Assembly: GCA_964291415.2 (NCBI GenBank)
Contig: OZ219920.1
Span: 1,120,001-1,184,000 of the forward strand
Source: Alphaproteobacteria bacterium
GTDB taxonomy: Bacteria > Pseudomonadota > Alphaproteobacteria > SP197
Direction of reading: 5' to 3'
Length of the DNA stretch: 64,000 nucleotides
This document shows positions 1-11,793 of the stretch, one piece after another; the stretch's first letter is position 1, and every line of letters begins with the position of its first letter. The notes below the pieces were generated by a model that did no database searches, was not told the origin of the DNA, and was given only the letters and a program-made list of their open reading frames with translations. A program made the position numbers and the translations under genes.

Positions 1-402
1 ACTCTTTTTGACAGGCTTCACGAACTCTGCGTGCTCACGCCACATGTCGGAGAGTTCCGGAGACTCTTCGAGTGGACAGGTGATCGCCTGCGCGATGTTG
101 CCAACGCAGCGACCGAAGCGGGGTGCGTGGTTCTCCTCAAGGGACCCGACACGACGATTGCCGACCATCACGGGAGACTGGCGGTCAACGCCAATGGCTC
201 GCCTTTCCTGGCCACGGCCGGATCGGGCGATGTCCTGGCCGGTATCATCGGCGGGCTTCTGGCACAGGGAACCGGGCCTCTCGACGCGGCCATGATGGGT
301 TGCTGGCTGCATGCCGAGGCAGGAGGACGTTGCACGCCGGGCCTGGTGGCCGAGGACCTTGCCGTTCGCATGGTGCCGGTGCTGGCCGCGTTGCGTCACT
401 GA
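1..402 (+). CDS. nnrD: NAD(P)H-hydrate dehydratase (NnrD/YjeF C-terminal domain), 5'-truncated by the window edge
   Basis: Frame is open from base 1; motifs LTPHxGEF, VVLLKG and LATAGSGDVLAG. Confidence 0.9.
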   Translation, partial: TLFDRLHELCVLTPHVGEFRRLFEWTGDRLRDVANAATEAGCVVLLKGPDTTIADHHGRLAVNANGSPFLATAGSGDVLAGIIGGLLAQGTGPLDAAMMGCWLHAEAGGRCTPGLVAEDLAVRMVPVLAALRH

Positions 403-487
403 GTTGTGTCGCACCCTTGCGGCACCGGGCTTTCGTCGCTATTAGGTGCGCAACGATTGGCAGGCTTCCTTGACTGGCCCGCGCGGC

Positions 488-572
488 GCGGGCGTGGTGG
501 AACTGGTAGACACGCCAGATTTAGGTTCTGGTGACGCAAGTCATGGGGGTTCAAGTCCCTCCGCCCGCACCA
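488..572 (+). tRNA. tRNA-Leu(TAG)
   Basis: Acceptor GCGGGCG/CGCCCGC, anticodon arm CCAGA-TTTAGGT-TCTGG, long variable arm, GGTTCAAGTCC T-arm, encoded CCA; usual position upstream of tig. Confidence 0.97.
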
Positions 573-638
573 CGTCATCGTTGGAGCGACTGCTGTCCGG
601 AAGAGGTCAGGGTCTTCATCTAAAGTGTGACTCAGAAG

Positions 639-2093
639 ATGCATGTAACCGAATCCCTCAACGAGGGTCTCAAGCGGGAGTACAGGGTTGTGATCGACGC
701 GGCCCAGATGACGTCGCGCATCGATGCTCGTCTGATGGAACTGAAGAATTCTTCGCATATCAAGGGGTTCCGCCCTGGCAAGGTTCCGATGGAGCTGTTT
801 CGCCGCATGTATGGCGACGGGGTGGTCCAGGACGTGCTGAAGAGCACGATCGAGGAAAGTTCGAACGACGCCCTGTCGGAACAGAAGATTCGTCAGGCCA
901 TGCCGGCCACGATCCAGGACATCTCGTTCTCGCAGGGCGAGAATCTCGAGTACGTTCTGGCCGTCGAGGTCATGCCCGACATCGCGCCCCTCGACCATTC
1001 CAGCATCGTCGTTTCCGCCCCGGTCGTCGAAATCGGTGAAAAGGACATCGAGGAGTCCATCGATGTGCTGGCGCGTGCCGCCGGCGAACCGGCTGTTCTC
1101 GACGATGCCGAGGGGGTCATGCTCAACGACCGCATAACGGTCGATATCGAGGTTCTGGTGGATGGTGAAAGGAACGAGGATCTCAGCGTCGCGAACCAGG
1201 ACATGATCCTGACTGAACACAGTCTTCCGGCCAAGGTTCTTGAGGCCGTCAAGGGCCTCACCACGGGCAACAGTGTCGAGGTCGAGGACCTGGCGCCAGG
1301 CGCCGGTGACGAGGGCGGGTCAGTGGCTCTCTTTCGCATCAGCCTCGTGAAGGCGGAACGTCTGGTTGCCCATGCGATCGATGATGACCTCGCCCGGCGA
1401 TACGGTTGCGATGACCTCGATGGCCTGCGCGAGAACGTGCACCAGGAGTTGGAGGGGCACTTCACGGCGTATGCCCGCGCCCATACCAAGCGCCGCCTTC
1501 TCGACCATCTCAATGAGGCCTGTGACTTCGAAATACCCCCGGGTCTTGTCGAAAACGAGTTTCAGTCGGTCTGGAAGCAGGTTGCGCCCGCCCTCGAGAA
1601 ACAGGATCTGGACGATGAAGCCGTCGCCAGCGAACGCGAGGACTACCGTGCCATCTCTGAACGACGGGTTCGCCTGGGCTTGCTGCTTGCCGAGGTCGGC
1701 AGGGATGCGGGTATCCAGGTCGAACAGGCGGACATGCAAACGGCTCTCATCCAGCAGGCGACGCGTTATCCCGGAAGGGAGGCCGAGGTGGTGCGTCACT
1801 TTCAGGAGCACCCCGAACATTTGCGGCAACTCACCGCGCCCATCCTTGAGGACCGTGTCGTCGACCATATTCTCGACTCCGTGACATGCGAAGAAGAGGT
1901 GATGAATGTGGAAGCCTTCCTCGGACTCGACAGCGAAGCGGACGGCATGGAGACCGAAGATGCCGGGCGCCACTACGTGGAGGTCGCGAGGCGTGTCATG
2001 CGCAACCACGAAGAACAGGTGCAAGCGGCGGCGGCCGAGGGCGGAGATGATGACGCCGTTGCCGCCGAAGCGGTGGAAGAGGCTTCCCGGTGA
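639..2093 (+). CDS. tig: Trigger factor
   Basis: [16 protein letters not shown]-terminus, ribosome-binding [18 protein letters not shown]; precedes clpP. ATG 639 chosen over GTG 627. Confidence 0.95.
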   Translation: MHVTESLNEGLKREYRVVIDAAQMTSRIDARLMELKNSSHIKGFRPGKVPMELFRRMYGDGVVQDVLKSTIEESSNDALSEQKIRQAMPATIQDISFSQGENLEYVLAVEVMPDIAPLDHSSIVVSAPVVEIGEKDIEESIDVLARAAGEPAVLDDAEGVMLNDRITVDIEVLVDGERNEDLSVANQDMILTEHSLPAKVLEAVKGLTTGNSVEVEDLAPGAGDEGGSVALFRISLVKAERLVAHAIDDDLARRYGCDDLDGLRENVHQELEGHFTAYARAHTKRRLLDHLNEACDFEIPPGLVENEFQSVWKQVAPALEKQDLDDEAVASEREDYRAISERRVRLGLLLAEVGRDAGIQVEQADMQTALIQQATRYPGREAEVVRHFQEHPEHLRQLTAPILEDRVVDHILDSVTCEEEVMNVEAFLGLDSEADGMETEDAGRHYVEVARRVMRNHEEQVQAAAAEGGDDDAVAAEAVEEASR

Positions 2094-2728
2094 TGAGGGA
2101 TGTCGATGACATCCATGCCAACACCCTTGTGCCCATGGTGGTGGAGCAGACGGCGAGAGGCGAGCGCGCCTACGACATCTATTCACGCCTGCTCAAGGAA
2201 CGGATCATCTTTCTGACTGGTCCGCTGGACGATCACGTCTCGAGTCTCATCTGCGCCCAGATGATCTTTCTCGAGGCTGAGAATCCGACTCGGGACATCG
2301 CGCTTTACATCAACTCGCCGGGCGGCACAGTCACCGCGGGTCTCGCGATGTACGATACCATGCAGTACATCCGCCCGGAGATTCAGACGCTGTGCATCGG
2401 CCAGGCGGCGTCGATGGGGGCCTTGCTGTTGTGTTCCGGCACCAAAGGCCGTCGCTCGGCTCTCCCTCACGCGCGAATCATGCTGCATCAGCCTTCGGGA
2501 GGGGTCCGGGGCCAGGCATCCGATATCGAGATTCATGCCCGGGAGATCGTCGAAGTGCGCCGCCGTCTCAACGACATCTTCTCGCGTCACAGCGGCCAGC
2601 CTCTCGAGGCTGTCGAGGAACGCATGGAGCGCGATACGTTCATGACACCGGCGCAGGCGCTGGACTTCGGTCTCGTGGACGAGGTCGTCCGTTCGCGTGG
2701 CGACACGACGGTTGCCGGGGATGCCTGA
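2093..2728 (+). CDS. clpP: ATP-dependent Clp protease proteolytic subunit
   Basis: [35 protein letters not shown] (catalytic Ser), MLHQP. Confidence 0.98.
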   Translation: MRDVDDIHANTLVPMVVEQTARGERAYDIYSRLLKERIIFLTGPLDDHVSSLICAQMIFLEAENPTRDIALYINSPGGTVTAGLAMYDTMQYIRPEIQTLCIGQAASMGALLLCSGTKGRRSALPHARIMLHQPSGGVRGQASDIEIHAREIVEVRRRLNDIFSRHSGQPLEAVEERMERDTFMTPAQALDFGLVDEVVRSRGDTTVAGDA

Positions 2729-2807
2729 CCGGGATGGGCTTGCGCATCCGCTGCCTGTTGTGTTGACATGCTGGTGTTGCGGACGCTTTTGAAAGGGGCA
2801 GTGGTTC

Positions 2808-4070
2808 ATGAGCAAGAAAGGCGACTCGAAGAACACGCTCTACTGTTCCTTTTGCGGCAAGAGCCAGCACGAGATCCGCAAGCTGATCGCCGGTCCGACG
2901 GTGTTCGTCTGCGACGAATGCGTCGAACTCTGCATGGACATAATCCGCGAGGAGAATCGTGGCTCCGTGATGAGATCTCCGCGGGGCGATGTGCCGACGC
3001 CACGCGAGATCAATGCCATCCTCATGGACTACGTCGTCGGCCAGGACACCGCCAAGCGGATTCTTTCCGTGGCGGTTCACAACCACTACAAGAGGCTCGA
3101 AGGAGGCGACCGCAGCGAGCAGATCGAACTGGCGAAGTCCAACATCCTGCTGATCGGTCCCACCGGCTCCGGCAAGACGCTGTTTGCCCAGACGCTGGCC
3201 CGCATTACCGACGTTCCTTTCGCCATGGCGGATGCCACCAGCCTGACGGAAGCAGGCTATGTCGGCGAGGATGTCGAGAACATCATTCTCAAGCTGGTTC
3301 AGGCGGCTGACTACAATGTCGAGCGAGCCCAGCGCGGCATCGTTTTCATCGACGAAGTGGACAAGATTGCGCGCAAGTCCGAGAATCCTTCGATTACCCG
3401 GGATGTCTCTGGGGAAGGAGTGCAGCAGGCACTCCTCAAGATCATGGAGGGTACGGTTGTTTCGGTGCCGCCGCAGGGTGGACGCAAGCATCCGCTCCAG
3501 GAGTTCCTGCAGGTCGACACGACCAACATCCTGTTCATCTGCGGCGGAGCCTTTTCGGGACTCGACAAGATCATCACCGCCCGCGGCAAGCCGACCGCCA
3601 TCGGATTTGGCGCTGACCTGCGCACGCCCGAAGATCGCCAGCTGGGCGCCATCCTGCGGGACGTCGAGCCCGAGGATCTTCTGAAATACGGGTTGATTCC
3701 TGAATTCGTCGGCCGACTTCCGGTCATCGCCACGCTCGACGAACCGGACGAAGAGACGCTTGTGAAGATTCTTTGTGAGCCTCGCAACGCCTTGGTGAAG
3801 CAGTATCAGAAGCTCTTCGAGATGGACGACATCGATCTCAACTTCACCGAAGACGCCCTGCGCTCGGTGGCGCGCAAGGCAATCGCCCGCAAGACCGGGG
3901 CGCGGGGTCTGCGCTCCATTCTCGAGAACATACTGCTCGATACCATGTATGAACTACCGGGTATGGAGAATGTCCAGAATGTAGTCGTGAACAGCGAGAC
4001 CGTGGAGCGCGGTTCCGCACCCATGCTCATCTATGGCGACCGGGAAGGCGAGGCGACGCCGGTATCGTGA
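2808..4070 (+). CDS. clpX: ATP-dependent Clp protease ATP-binding subunit
   Basis: Zn finger CSFC..CDEC, Walker [26 protein letters not shown] loop. Confidence 0.98.
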   Translation: MSKKGDSKNTLYCSFCGKSQHEIRKLIAGPTVFVCDECVELCMDIIREENRGSVMRSPRGDVPTPREINAILMDYVVGQDTAKRILSVAVHNHYKRLEGGDRSEQIELAKSNILLIGPTGSGKTLFAQTLARITDVPFAMADATSLTEAGYVGEDVENIILKLVQAADYNVERAQRGIVFIDEVDKIARKSENPSITRDVSGEGVQQALLKIMEGTVVSVPPQGGRKHPLQEFLQVDTTNILFICGGAFSGLDKIITARGKPTAIGFGADLRTPEDRQLGAILRDVEPEDLLKYGLIPEFVGRLPVIATLDEPDEETLVKILCEPRNALVKQYQKLFEMDDIDLNFTEDALRSVARKAIARKTGARGLRSILENILLDTMYELPGMENVQNVVVNSETVERGSAPMLIYGDREGEATPVS

Positions 4071-4179
4071 TCCCCTGGCTTTGCGTCCCGAACGTTGCGG
4101 CTCCTGTCCCTGGCCCTTGATTAGGCGCCCTCCTGTAGCCACTTTCCCAGAATGAGCCCAGACCGGAGATCATGTTCTC

Positions 4180-6576
4180 ATGAGTGAATCCCAGTATCCG
4201 GTGCTGCCATTGAGGGACATTGTTGTCTTTCCCAGCATGGTGGTGCCGCTCTTTGTCGGTCGTCAGAAGTCCGTGCGGGCGCTGCAGGAAGTCATGTCGG
4301 GCGATCGGCAGATACTCCTGGTTGCCCAGAAGGATGGCTCCCAGGACGATCCGGACCCCGAAGATCTTTACGGCGTCGGCACCGTGTCGACCGTGCTGCA
4401 GCTCCTCAAGCTTCCCGACGACACGGTCAAGGTGCTCGTGGAAGGTTCACACCGGGCGGCCATCACCGGCTTCCTGCAGGACGATCAGTGCATCAGGGCT
4501 GCGGTATCGCCTTTCGAGGAAAGCGCATCCGACGAGGGCGAGCAGCTGGCCCTTGCCCGCGCCGTGACAGCGCTCTTTGCGGACTACGTCAAGCTCGCCA
4601 AGAAGATCCCCCCCGAGGTCGTAACGTCTCTGGAACAGATCGACTCTCCGGCGAAGCTGGTTGATACCGTCGCTTCTCATCTCACCATCCGGATCGCCGA
4701 CAAGCAGGAACTTCTCGAGGCCGAATCGGTGACACGGCGCCTGGAACGCGTCTATGCCCTCATCGAGGGCGAGATCTCCGTGCGCAAGGTGGAAAAGAAG
4801 ATCCGTGGCCGCGTCAAGCAGCAGATGGAGAAGTCGCAACGCGAGTACTACCTCAATGAACAGATGAAGGCGATTCAGAAGGAGCTCGGCGAAGGCGAGG
4901 ATGGCCGTGACGAGGTTGGCGAGTATGAGAGGAGGATCGATTCGACGAAGCTGTCGAAAGAGGCGCGGGAACGGTCACTGGCCGAGGTCAAGAAGCTCCG
5001 TACCATGAGTCCGATGTCAGCCGAGGCAACGGTGGTCAGGAACTACCTTGACTGGATGCTGGGCATCCCGTGGAAGAAGCGCTCGAAGCTCAAGCGCAAC
5101 ATTACCAATGCCGAGGCCATTCTCGATGCCGATCACTTCGGTCTCGAGAAGGTCAAGGAGAGGATTGTCGAGTATCTTGCCGTCCAGGCGCGCTCGCGCA
5201 AGCTCAGGGGCCCGATCCTGTGTCTCGTCGGCCCCCCGGGGGTTGGCAAGACCTCGCTGGGCCGGTCAGTCGCCAGGGCGACGGGACGCAAGTTCGTGAG
5301 GATGTCGCTGGGCGGAGTGCGCGATGAGGCGGAAATCCGCGGCCACCGCCGCACCTACATCGGTTCGATGCCGGGCAAGATCGTCCAGGGCATGAAGAAG
5401 GCAAGGACATCCAACCCTCTGTTCCTTCTTGACGAGGTTGACAAGCTTGGCAGCGACTGGCGCGGCGACCCGAGTTCGGCGCTTCTCGAGGTTCTCGATC
5501 CGGAGCAGAACGTGTCGTTCAATGACCACTACCTCGAGGTGGACTACGACCTCTCCGATGTCATGTTCGTCACCACGGCAAACACCACCCGTATTCCCCA
5601 GGCCCTGCTTGACCGCATGGAGGTCATTCGCCTTTCGGGTTACACCGAAGACGAGAAGGTGCGGATCGCCACCGACCACCTGATCGCCAAGCAGTTCAAG
5701 GCCCATGGTCTCAAGGACGGGGAGTGGTCGATTACCGAGGGCGCGCTTCGTGACGTGATCCGCTACTACACGCGGGAAGCCGGAGTGCGCAACCTGGAAC
5801 GGGAGATCGCGAATCTCCAGCGCAAGGCCGTCAAGCAGATTGTTGCCGGCGAGGCGACGAAGGTGAAGGTGACGTCGCGCAATCTCGAGAAGTTCTCAGG
5901 CGTCAGACGCTTCCGGTTCGGCGAAGTAGAGTATGACGACATGGTAGGGATCACCAGTGGCCTCGCCTACACGGACACCGGAGGCGAACTGCTCTCCATC
6001 GAGGCGGTTGTGCTGCCCGGCCGCGGCAAGATGACCATTACCGGCAAGCTCGGGGACGTCATGCAGGAATCGGTTCAGGCGGCACGCAGCTACCTGCGCG
6101 CCCGCTCTACCGAGTTCGGTCTGAAACCGACAGTCTTCGACAAGCGCGACATCCATGTCCATGTGCCGGAGGGCGCCACGCCGAAGGATGGACCGTCGGC
6201 GGGGATCGCCATGTTCACCTCGATGCTCTCGGCTCTGACGGGGATTCCTGTCAAACGGACCGTCGCCATGACCGGCGAGATCACATTGAGAGGGCGAGTA
6301 CTTCCCATTGGCGGCCTGAAGGAGAAACTCCTCGCTGCCCACCGCAGCGCCATCGAGACCGTTCTCATCCCGTTGGAAAACGAAAAGGACCTCAAGGAGA
6401 TTCCGGACAACGTCAAGCGGGGATTGAACATCGTTACCGTTTCGTCGGTTGACGATGTCGTGCACGTGGCTCTCGCCGAGGCGCCGGTGCCGGTGGAATG
6501 GTCCGACACCGACGAGGAGGAGATGGATCGCATGGCGACTCATGTCGACGAAACCGAGGATGTGGTGACCCACTGA
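4180..6576 (+). CDS. lon: Lon protease
   Basis: PVLPLRD N-terminus, [16 protein letters not shown] catalytic Ser motif. Confidence 0.98.
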   Translation: MSESQYPVLPLRDIVVFPSMVVPLFVGRQKSVRALQEVMSGDRQILLVAQKDGSQDDPDPEDLYGVGTVSTVLQLLKLPDDTVKVLVEGSHRAAITGFLQDDQCIRAAVSPFEESASDEGEQLALARAVTALFADYVKLAKKIPPEVVTSLEQIDSPAKLVDTVASHLTIRIADKQELLEAESVTRRLERVYALIEGEISVRKVEKKIRGRVKQQMEKSQREYYLNEQMKAIQKELGEGEDGRDEVGEYERRIDSTKLSKEARERSLAEVKKLRTMSPMSAEATVVRNYLDWMLGIPWKKRSKLKRNITNAEAILDADHFGLEKVKERIVEYLAVQARSRKLRGPILCLVGPPGVGKTSLGRSVARATGRKFVRMSLGGVRDEAEIRGHRRTYIGSMPGKIVQGMKKARTSNPLFLLDEVDKLGSDWRGDPSSALLEVLDPEQNVSFNDHYLEVDYDLSDVMFVTTANTTRIPQALLDRMEVIRLSGYTEDEKVRIATDHLIAKQFKAHGLKDGEWSITEGALRDVIRYYTREAGVRNLEREIANLQRKAVKQIVAGEATKVKVTSRNLEKFSGVRRFRFGEVEYDDMVGITSGLAYTDTGGELLSIEAVVLPGRGKMTITGKLGDVMQESVQAARSYLRARSTEFGLKPTVFDKRDIHVHVPEGATPKDGPSAGIAMFTSMLSALTGIPVKRTVAMTGEITLRGRVLPIGGLKEKLLAAHRSAIETVLIPLENEKDLKEIPDNVKRGLNIVTVSSVDDVVHVALAEAPVPVEWSDTDEEEMDRMATHVDETEDVVTH

Positions 6577-6587
6577 CATTCCGGTGA

Positions 6588-6616
6588 TTGACGATGAGCG
6601 GGTCCGTCCCTAAAGT
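6588..6616 (+). promoter_or_regulatory. Putative sigma70 promoter for hupB
   Basis: TTGACG-N17-TAAAGT, about 50 nt upstream of the HU start. Confidence 0.5.
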
Positions 6617-6666
6617 CGGTCCCCGGGAAACCAACAACACGCGCCGCGGAGGATTGGAGAGCGTCA

Positions 6667-6942
6667 ATGAGGAAGAGTGATCTTGTCAGTACTGTCAGTG
6701 AATCCGCCGGTCTCTCCAAGGCCGACGCCGCCAGGGCCGTTGACGCGGTGTTCGACAGTATCACCAGTGCCCTCGCCGATGGCGACGATGTACGTCTGGT
6801 CGGCTTCGGCACCTTTTTCGTGACCAAGCGTGCTGAGTCGGTGGGGCGCAATCCGCGGACCAGGGAACCGATGACAATTCCGGCGAAGACCTTGCCCAAG
6901 TTCAAGGCGGGCCTCGCTCTCAAGGACGCCGTCGCATCGTAA
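6667..6942 (+). CDS. hupB: DNA-binding protein HU
   Basis: 91 aa; VRLVGFGTF and GRNPRT motifs; follows lon. Confidence 0.95.
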   Translation: MRKSDLVSTVSESAGLSKADAARAVDAVFDSITSALADGDDVRLVGFGTFFVTKRAESVGRNPRTREPMTIPAKTLPKFKAGLALKDAVAS

Positions 6943-6979
6943 CTCACCGGGTCCACCGGGACGTGTGACGGCCCTTTAG

Positions 6980-7052
6980 GGGCGGTTAGCTCAGCAGGAA
7001 GAGCGACTGGTTTACACCCAGTAGGCCGGCGGTTCGAGCCCGTCACCGCCCA
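6980..7052 (+). tRNA. tRNA-Val(TAC)
   Basis: Acceptor GGGCGGT/ACCGCCC, anticodon arm ACTGG-TTTACAC-CCAGT, GGTTCGAG T-loop; followed by CCG rather than CCA. Confidence 0.95.
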
Positions 7053-7075
7053 CCGGGTTTCCGCGTCCGGCACTG

Positions 7076-7104
7076 CTTGACACACAGGGCCTTGTTGCCT
7101 AGAC
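7076..7104 (+). promoter_or_regulatory. Putative sigma70 promoter for tRNA-Asp and possibly nuo
   Basis: CTTGAC-N17-CTAGAC resembles the alphaproteobacterial CTTGAC-N17-CTATAT consensus. Confidence 0.45.
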
Positions 7105-7119
7105 GTAGCGCCGTTCTCC

Positions 7120-7196
7120 GGGGGTGTAGCTCAGTTGGTTAGAGTGCTGGCCTGTCACGCCAGAGGTCGCGGGTTCGAGTCCCGTCACTCCCGCCA
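7120..7196 (+). tRNA. tRNA-Asp(GTC)
   Basis: Acceptor GGGGGTG/CACTCCC, anticodon arm CTGGC-CTGTCAC-GCCAG, GGTTCGAGTCC, encoded CCA. Confidence 0.97.
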
Positions 7197-7241
7197 TATG
7201 TTGATGTCCGCTGACGGGTTCTGGCGGCGCAGGGAGCGCTC

Positions 7242-7607
7242 ATGACGGAATTCCTTCTTGAGTACCTTGCGATCCTGGTCTTCCTGGGTCTGGCCATTGT
7301 CATGGCCGGAACCATGGTGGGAGCCTCCTGGTTCATCGCCCATCAGAAACCCGACCCGGAAAAGCTGTCGGCCTACGAATGCGGTTTCGACGCCTTCGAG
7401 AATGCGCGAGGCCGTTTCGATGTCCGTTTCTATCTGGTCGCCATTCTCTTCATCATCTTCGACCTGGAGGTTGCCTTCCTGTTTCCGTGGGCGGTCTCGC
7501 TCCCGGAAATCGGTCTCTTTGGCTTTTGGTCCATGGTCGTCTTCCTCGCCGTTCTGACCATCGGATTCATCTACGAATGGCGCAAGGGAGCCCTCGAATG
7601 GGAGTAG
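7242..7607 (+). CDS. nuoA: NADH-quinone oxidoreductase subunit A
   Basis: [30 protein letters not shown]. Confidence 0.97.
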   Translation: MTEFLLEYLAILVFLGLAIVMAGTMVGASWFIAHQKPDPEKLSAYECGFDAFENARGRFDVRFYLVAILFIIFDLEVAFLFPWAVSLPEIGLFGFWSMVVFLAVLTIGFIYEWRKGALEWE

Positions 7608-8107
7608 AGGATAGGGACGACCTTCCCCACCTTCTCGGCGCAGAAATCGAGGACAAGGGGTACCTTGTCACGAATGTCGATCGCCTCGTGAACTGGGCGA
7701 GGACTGGAAGCCTGTGGCCCATGACCTTCGGTCTGGCCTGTTGCGGCGTGGAGATGATTCATGCCTACATGAGCCGCTACGATCTCGATCGTTTCGGCGT
7801 CATTCCCAGAGCGAGCCCCAGACAGTCGGACGTCATGATCGTGGCCGGCACCCTGTGCAACAAGATGGCGCCGGCGCTACGCAAGCTCTACGACCAGATG
7901 CCGGAACCACGCTGGGTCATTTCCATGGGTTCGTGCGCCAACGGGGGCGGTTACTATCATTATTCCTACTCTGTCGTGCGCGGCTGTGATCGCATCGTTC
8001 CAGTCGATGTCTATGTCCCGGGCTGTCCGCCCACCGCCGAGGCACTGGTGTATGGAATCCTGCAGCTGCAGAAGAAAATTCGCCGGACCGGCACGATCAG
8101 GCGCTGA
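7598..8107 (+). CDS. nuoB: NADH-quinone oxidoreductase subunit B
   Basis: [22 protein letters not shown]; ATG overlaps the nuoA end. Confidence 0.97.
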   Translation: MGVEDRDDLPHLLGAEIEDKGYLVTNVDRLVNWARTGSLWPMTFGLACCGVEMIHAYMSRYDLDRFGVIPRASPRQSDVMIVAGTLCNKMAPALRKLYDQMPEPRWVISMGSCANGGGYYHYSYSVVRGCDRIVPVDVYVPGCPPTAEALVYGILQLQKKIRRTGTIRR

Positions 8108-8122
8108 CGGGACGTCCATCTG

Positions 8123-8716
8123 ATGTCTGAGACCCTGAAGGAGATCGGCGCAGCCGCGCGATCACGCCATGGGGACTGCGTCGGTGATCTCGTCTTTCAC
8201 GCTGGACAGGCCACTCTCCACGCCGCAACGCAGGACATCATCGGACTCCTGACGTGGCTGCGTGACGACACGAGCTGCCGTTTCCGACAGCTGGTGGATC
8301 TCACGGCGGTCGATCGTCCGGAGGATGAGAAGCGTTTCAGCGTGGTCTACAACCTGCTTAGTCTGCAGCACAACCTCCGGCTTCGCGTCGCCGTCGCAGT
8401 AGCCGAGGACGAGGACGTGCCGTCGTGCTTCCCGGTGTTCAGCGCCGCCCTGTGGCTCGAACGCGAGGTCTGGGACATGTACGGCATACGTTTTCAGGGT
8501 CATCCGGATCTGCGTCGCATTCTCACCGACTACGGCTTCGAGGGCCATCCGCAACGCAAGGATTTTCCCCTCACCGGTCATGTCGAGATGCGATATGACG
8601 AGGGACAGAAACGGGTGATCTACGAGCCCGTGAAACTGACCCAGGCCTTCCGGAACTTCGAGAACGTGTCGCCCTGGGAAGCAGCCGGCATGCCCGGGAT
8701 TGCGGAAGATGGCTGA
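8123..8716 (+). CDS. nuoC: NADH-quinone oxidoreductase subunit C
   Basis: [32 protein letters not shown]. Confidence 0.97.
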   Translation: MSETLKEIGAAARSRHGDCVGDLVFHAGQATLHAATQDIIGLLTWLRDDTSCRFRQLVDLTAVDRPEDEKRFSVVYNLLSLQHNLRLRVAVAVAEDEDVPSCFPVFSAALWLEREVWDMYGIRFQGHPDLRRILTDYGFEGHPQRKDFPLTGHVEMRYDEGQKRVIYEPVKLTQAFRNFENVSPWEAAGMPGIAEDG

Positions 8717-9887
8717 AGTCGACATCAGGACGACGACCATCAACTTCGGTCCCCAACACCCGGCGGCCCATGGCGTCCTGCGTCTGGTCCTGGAAATGGA
8801 CGGTGAAGTGGTCGAGCGGGCCGACCCGCATATCGGCCTCTTGCACCGCGGTACCGAAAAACTGATCGAGTACAAGACATGGCTTCAGGCGGTTCCCTAC
8901 TTCGACCGTCTCGACTACGTCTCACCGATGTGCCTCGAGCATGCCTATGCACTCGCGGTGGAAACACTCCTCCAGATCGAGGTGCCGCCGCGCGGCCAGT
9001 ACATTCGCGTACTGTTTTCCGAGATCACGCGACTGCTCAATCACCTGCTCAACGTCACCACGTTTGCCATGGATGTGGGCGCCCTGACTCCGGCGCTATG
9101 GGCGTTCGAGGAACGCGAAAAGCTCATGGAGTTCTACGAGAGAGCCTCGGGTGCGCGCATGCACGCGGCGTGGTTCCGCCCAGGCGGTGTCGCCCGGGAT
9201 CTTCCCGGCGGTCTCGAAAACGACATCGAAAGCTATGTTGACACGCTCCCCCGGGTCATCGGCGACATCGAGCACCTGCTCAACGAGAACCGCATCTTCA
9301 AGCAGCGCACCGTGGATATCGGCGGGGTCTCGGTTGAGGATGCCCTCGACTGGGGGTTTTCGGGGCCCATGCTGCGGAGTGCGGGCGTCCCCTGGGATTT
9401 GCGCAAGGCGCAACCTTATGACGTCTACGACCGGATGGAGTTCGACGTGCCGGTGGGCTCGACCGGCGACTGCTTCGAGCGCTACATGTGCCGCATCGAG
9501 GAAATGCGCCAGTCCATTCGCATCATCCGACAGTGCATCGCCGACATGCCAACCGGACCGGTGATGACCGCCAATTCCAAGGTTGCACCGCCGTCCCGGG
9601 CCGACATGAAACAGTCGATGGAGGCCCTCATCCACCACTTCAAGCTCTTCACCGAGGGCTACCATGTTCCCGAAGGCGAAACCTACAGGGCCGTGGAGGC
9701 GCCCAAGGGCGAGTTCGGCGTCTACATCGTCTCCGATGGCTCCAACAGACCTTACCGGTGCCGCATCCGGGCGCCGGGATTTCTTCACCTCGCCGCCACT
9801 GACCACCTGTGCAAGGGTCACATGCTGGCGGATGCCGCGGCGATTGTCGGCAGCATGGACATCGTGTTCGGGGAAATCGATCGATGA
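8709..9887 (+). CDS. nuoD: NADH-quinone oxidoreductase subunit D
   Basis: [33 protein letters not shown]. Confidence 0.98.
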   Translation: MAEVDIRTTTINFGPQHPAAHGVLRLVLEMDGEVVERADPHIGLLHRGTEKLIEYKTWLQAVPYFDRLDYVSPMCLEHAYALAVETLLQIEVPPRGQYIRVLFSEITRLLNHLLNVTTFAMDVGALTPALWAFEEREKLMEFYERASGARMHAAWFRPGGVARDLPGGLENDIESYVDTLPRVIGDIEHLLNENRIFKQRTVDIGGVSVEDALDWGFSGPMLRSAGVPWDLRKAQPYDVYDRMEFDVPVGSTGDCFERYMCRIEEMRQSIRIIRQCIADMPTGPVMTANSKVAPPSRADMKQSMEALIHHFKLFTEGYHVPEGETYRAVEAPKGEFGVYIVSDGSNRPYRCRIRAPGFLHLAATDHLCKGHMLADAAAIVGSMDIVFGEIDR

Positions 9888-10495
9888 GTCTGGCCCGCGG
9901 ACGTCCAGGTGCATCGGAACACCAGCCGGACACGTTCACCTTCACGAAGACCAATCTGGAGGAGGCAGAGCGGATCATGGCGCGGTACCCGCAGGGCCGG
10001 ACTGCAAGTGCGGTCATGCCCTTGCTTGATCTCGCCCAGCGCCAGGCGGGCTGGGTGCCTGTCGCCGCCATGGACACGGTAGCCGACTTGCTCGCCATGC
10101 CGCGCATCCGGGTCTACGAAGTGGCCACCTTCTACACGATGTTCAACCTGGAGCCGGTGGGACGCTATCTCGTCCAGGTCTGCACGACCACGCCCTGCAT
10201 GCTGCGCGACAGTGATGCCATCGTGGAGGCCTGCCGCGGCCGGCTTGGAATCGATTTCGACGAAACCACGCCTGACGGCCTCTTCACGCTCAAGGAAGTT
10301 GAATGCCTCGGCGCATGCGTCAATGCACCGATGGTGCAGATCAACGACGACTACTACGAGGACCTCGATGCCGGCAGCATGGTTGCCGTCCTGGACGCGC
10401 TCGCCGGAGGCGATACGCCGCGGCCGGGGCCTCAGGGCGGACGTCACGCATCGGAACCGCAGTCCGGTCCGCGAACGCTCGCCGGTGGAGACTGA
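9884..10495 (+). CDS. nuoE: NADH-quinone oxidoreductase subunit E
   Basis: [14 protein letters not shown] and ECLGAC 2Fe-2S ligands; ATGA overlap with nuoD. Confidence 0.95.
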   Translation: MSLARGRPGASEHQPDTFTFTKTNLEEAERIMARYPQGRTASAVMPLLDLAQRQAGWVPVAAMDTVADLLAMPRIRVYEVATFYTMFNLEPVGRYLVQVCTTTPCMLRDSDAIVEACRGRLGIDFDETTPDGLFTLKEVECLGACVNAPMVQINDDYYEDLDAGSMVAVLDALAGGDTPRPGPQGGRHASEPQSGPRTLAGGD

Positions 10496-10498
10496 GCC

Positions 10499-11788
10499 AT
10501 GTTGCAGGACCAGGATCGCATCTTCACCAACCTGTACGGCTTCGAGAGCCCGTCGCTGGACGCCGCGAAGAAGCGGGGAGACTGGGACAACACAGCCGAC
10601 CTGCTGGCACGGGGCGCGACCGACATCATCAACGAAATCAAGGCATCGGAGTTGCGCGGCCGTGGCGGCGCGGGATTCCCGACCGGTCTCAAGTGGTCGT
10701 TCATGCCGGCCGAGCGTCCTGTCGGCCAACCGGCCTTTCTCGTGGTGAATGCGGACGAGAGCGAGCCTGGTACGTGCAAGGACCGCGACATCATCCGCCA
10801 TGATCCCCACAAGCTCGTCGAGGGTTGTCTTGTTGCCGGCTTCGCCATGCGCGCAACCGCGGCCTACATCTATATCCGTGGCGAGTTCGTGAACGAGGCG
10901 AGGGTACTCCAGGCTGCGATCGACGAGGCGCTGGAGGCCGGTCTCATCGGACGCAACGCCTGCGGTTCGGGATACGACTTCGACATCCATCTCCACCGTG
11001 GAGCCGGGGCCTACATTTGCGGAGAGGAAACGGCACTCCTCGAGAGTCTCGAGGGCAAGAAGGGCATGCCGCGTCTCAAGCCGCCGTTTCCGGCCATGGC
11101 CGGCCTCTACGGATGTCCGACGACCATCTCCAATGTCGAGACTGTGGCCGTGGCGCCGACCATCTTGCGTCGTGGCGCCTCATGGTTTGCCGGCCTCGGT
11201 GAACCGAAGAACACGGGCACCAAGATCTTCTGCATTTCCGGTCACGTCAACGAACCCTGCAATGTCGAGGAGGAAATGGGAATTCCCCTCAGGGAGCTTA
11301 TCGAACGCCATGCGGGGGGTGTCAGGGGAGGCTGGGACAATCTTCTTGCCGTCATCCCGGGCGGTTCTTCCGTGCCGCTCATTCCAAGGTCGGTCTGCGA
11401 CGACGTGGCAATGAATTTCGATCGTCTGAGTGCAGTGCAGTCGGGCCTCGGCACGGCTGCGGTCATCGTCATGGATCGTTCCACCGACATAGTCCGAGCC
11501 ATCTGGCGGCTGTCGAAGTTCTATCACCACGAGAGTTGTGGCCAGTGCACGCCGTGTCGTGAAGGGACCGGCTGGATGATGCGGGTTCTCGGGCGCATGA
11601 TCGAAGGCAGGGCGGAATCCGCCGAGATCGACCTGCTGCAGGAGGTCACGACCCAGATAGAAGGCCACACCATCTGCGCCCTCGGTGATGCCGCAGCATG
11701 GCCGATCCAGGGTCTGATACGCCACTTCCGCCCCGAACTGGAACGGCGCATCGAGGACTGCCGCCGGAACGCCCGGCGGGCAGCGTGA
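10499..11788 (+). CDS. nuoF: NADH-quinone oxidoreductase subunit F
   Basis: [33 protein letters not shown]. Confidence 0.98.
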   Translation: MLQDQDRIFTNLYGFESPSLDAAKKRGDWDNTADLLARGATDIINEIKASELRGRGGAGFPTGLKWSFMPAERPVGQPAFLVVNADESEPGTCKDRDIIRHDPHKLVEGCLVAGFAMRATAAYIYIRGEFVNEARVLQAAIDEALEAGLIGRNACGSGYDFDIHLHRGAGAYICGEETALLESLEGKKGMPRLKPPFPAMAGLYGCPTTISNVETVAVAPTILRRGASWFAGLGEPKNTGTKIFCISGHVNEPCNVEEEMGIPLRELIERHAGGVRGGWDNLLAVIPGGSSVPLIPRSVCDDVAMNFDRLSAVQSGLGTAAVIVMDRSTDIVRAIWRLSKFYHHESCGQCTPCREGTGWMMRVLGRMIEGRAESAEIDLLQEVTTQIEGHTICALGDAAAWPIQGLIRHFRPELERRIEDCRRNARRAA

Positions 11789-11793
11789 CGGAC

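Noticed and set aside
4071-4179. RpoH-type promoter upstream of lon (CTTGAT...)
   Set aside because: The -10 element is too poor a match to call from sequence alone
6943-7241. Integrative element at tRNA-Val or tRNA-Asp (or at tRNA-Leu 488-572)
   Set aside because: No integrase and no duplicated tRNA 3' end seen; core genes follow immediately
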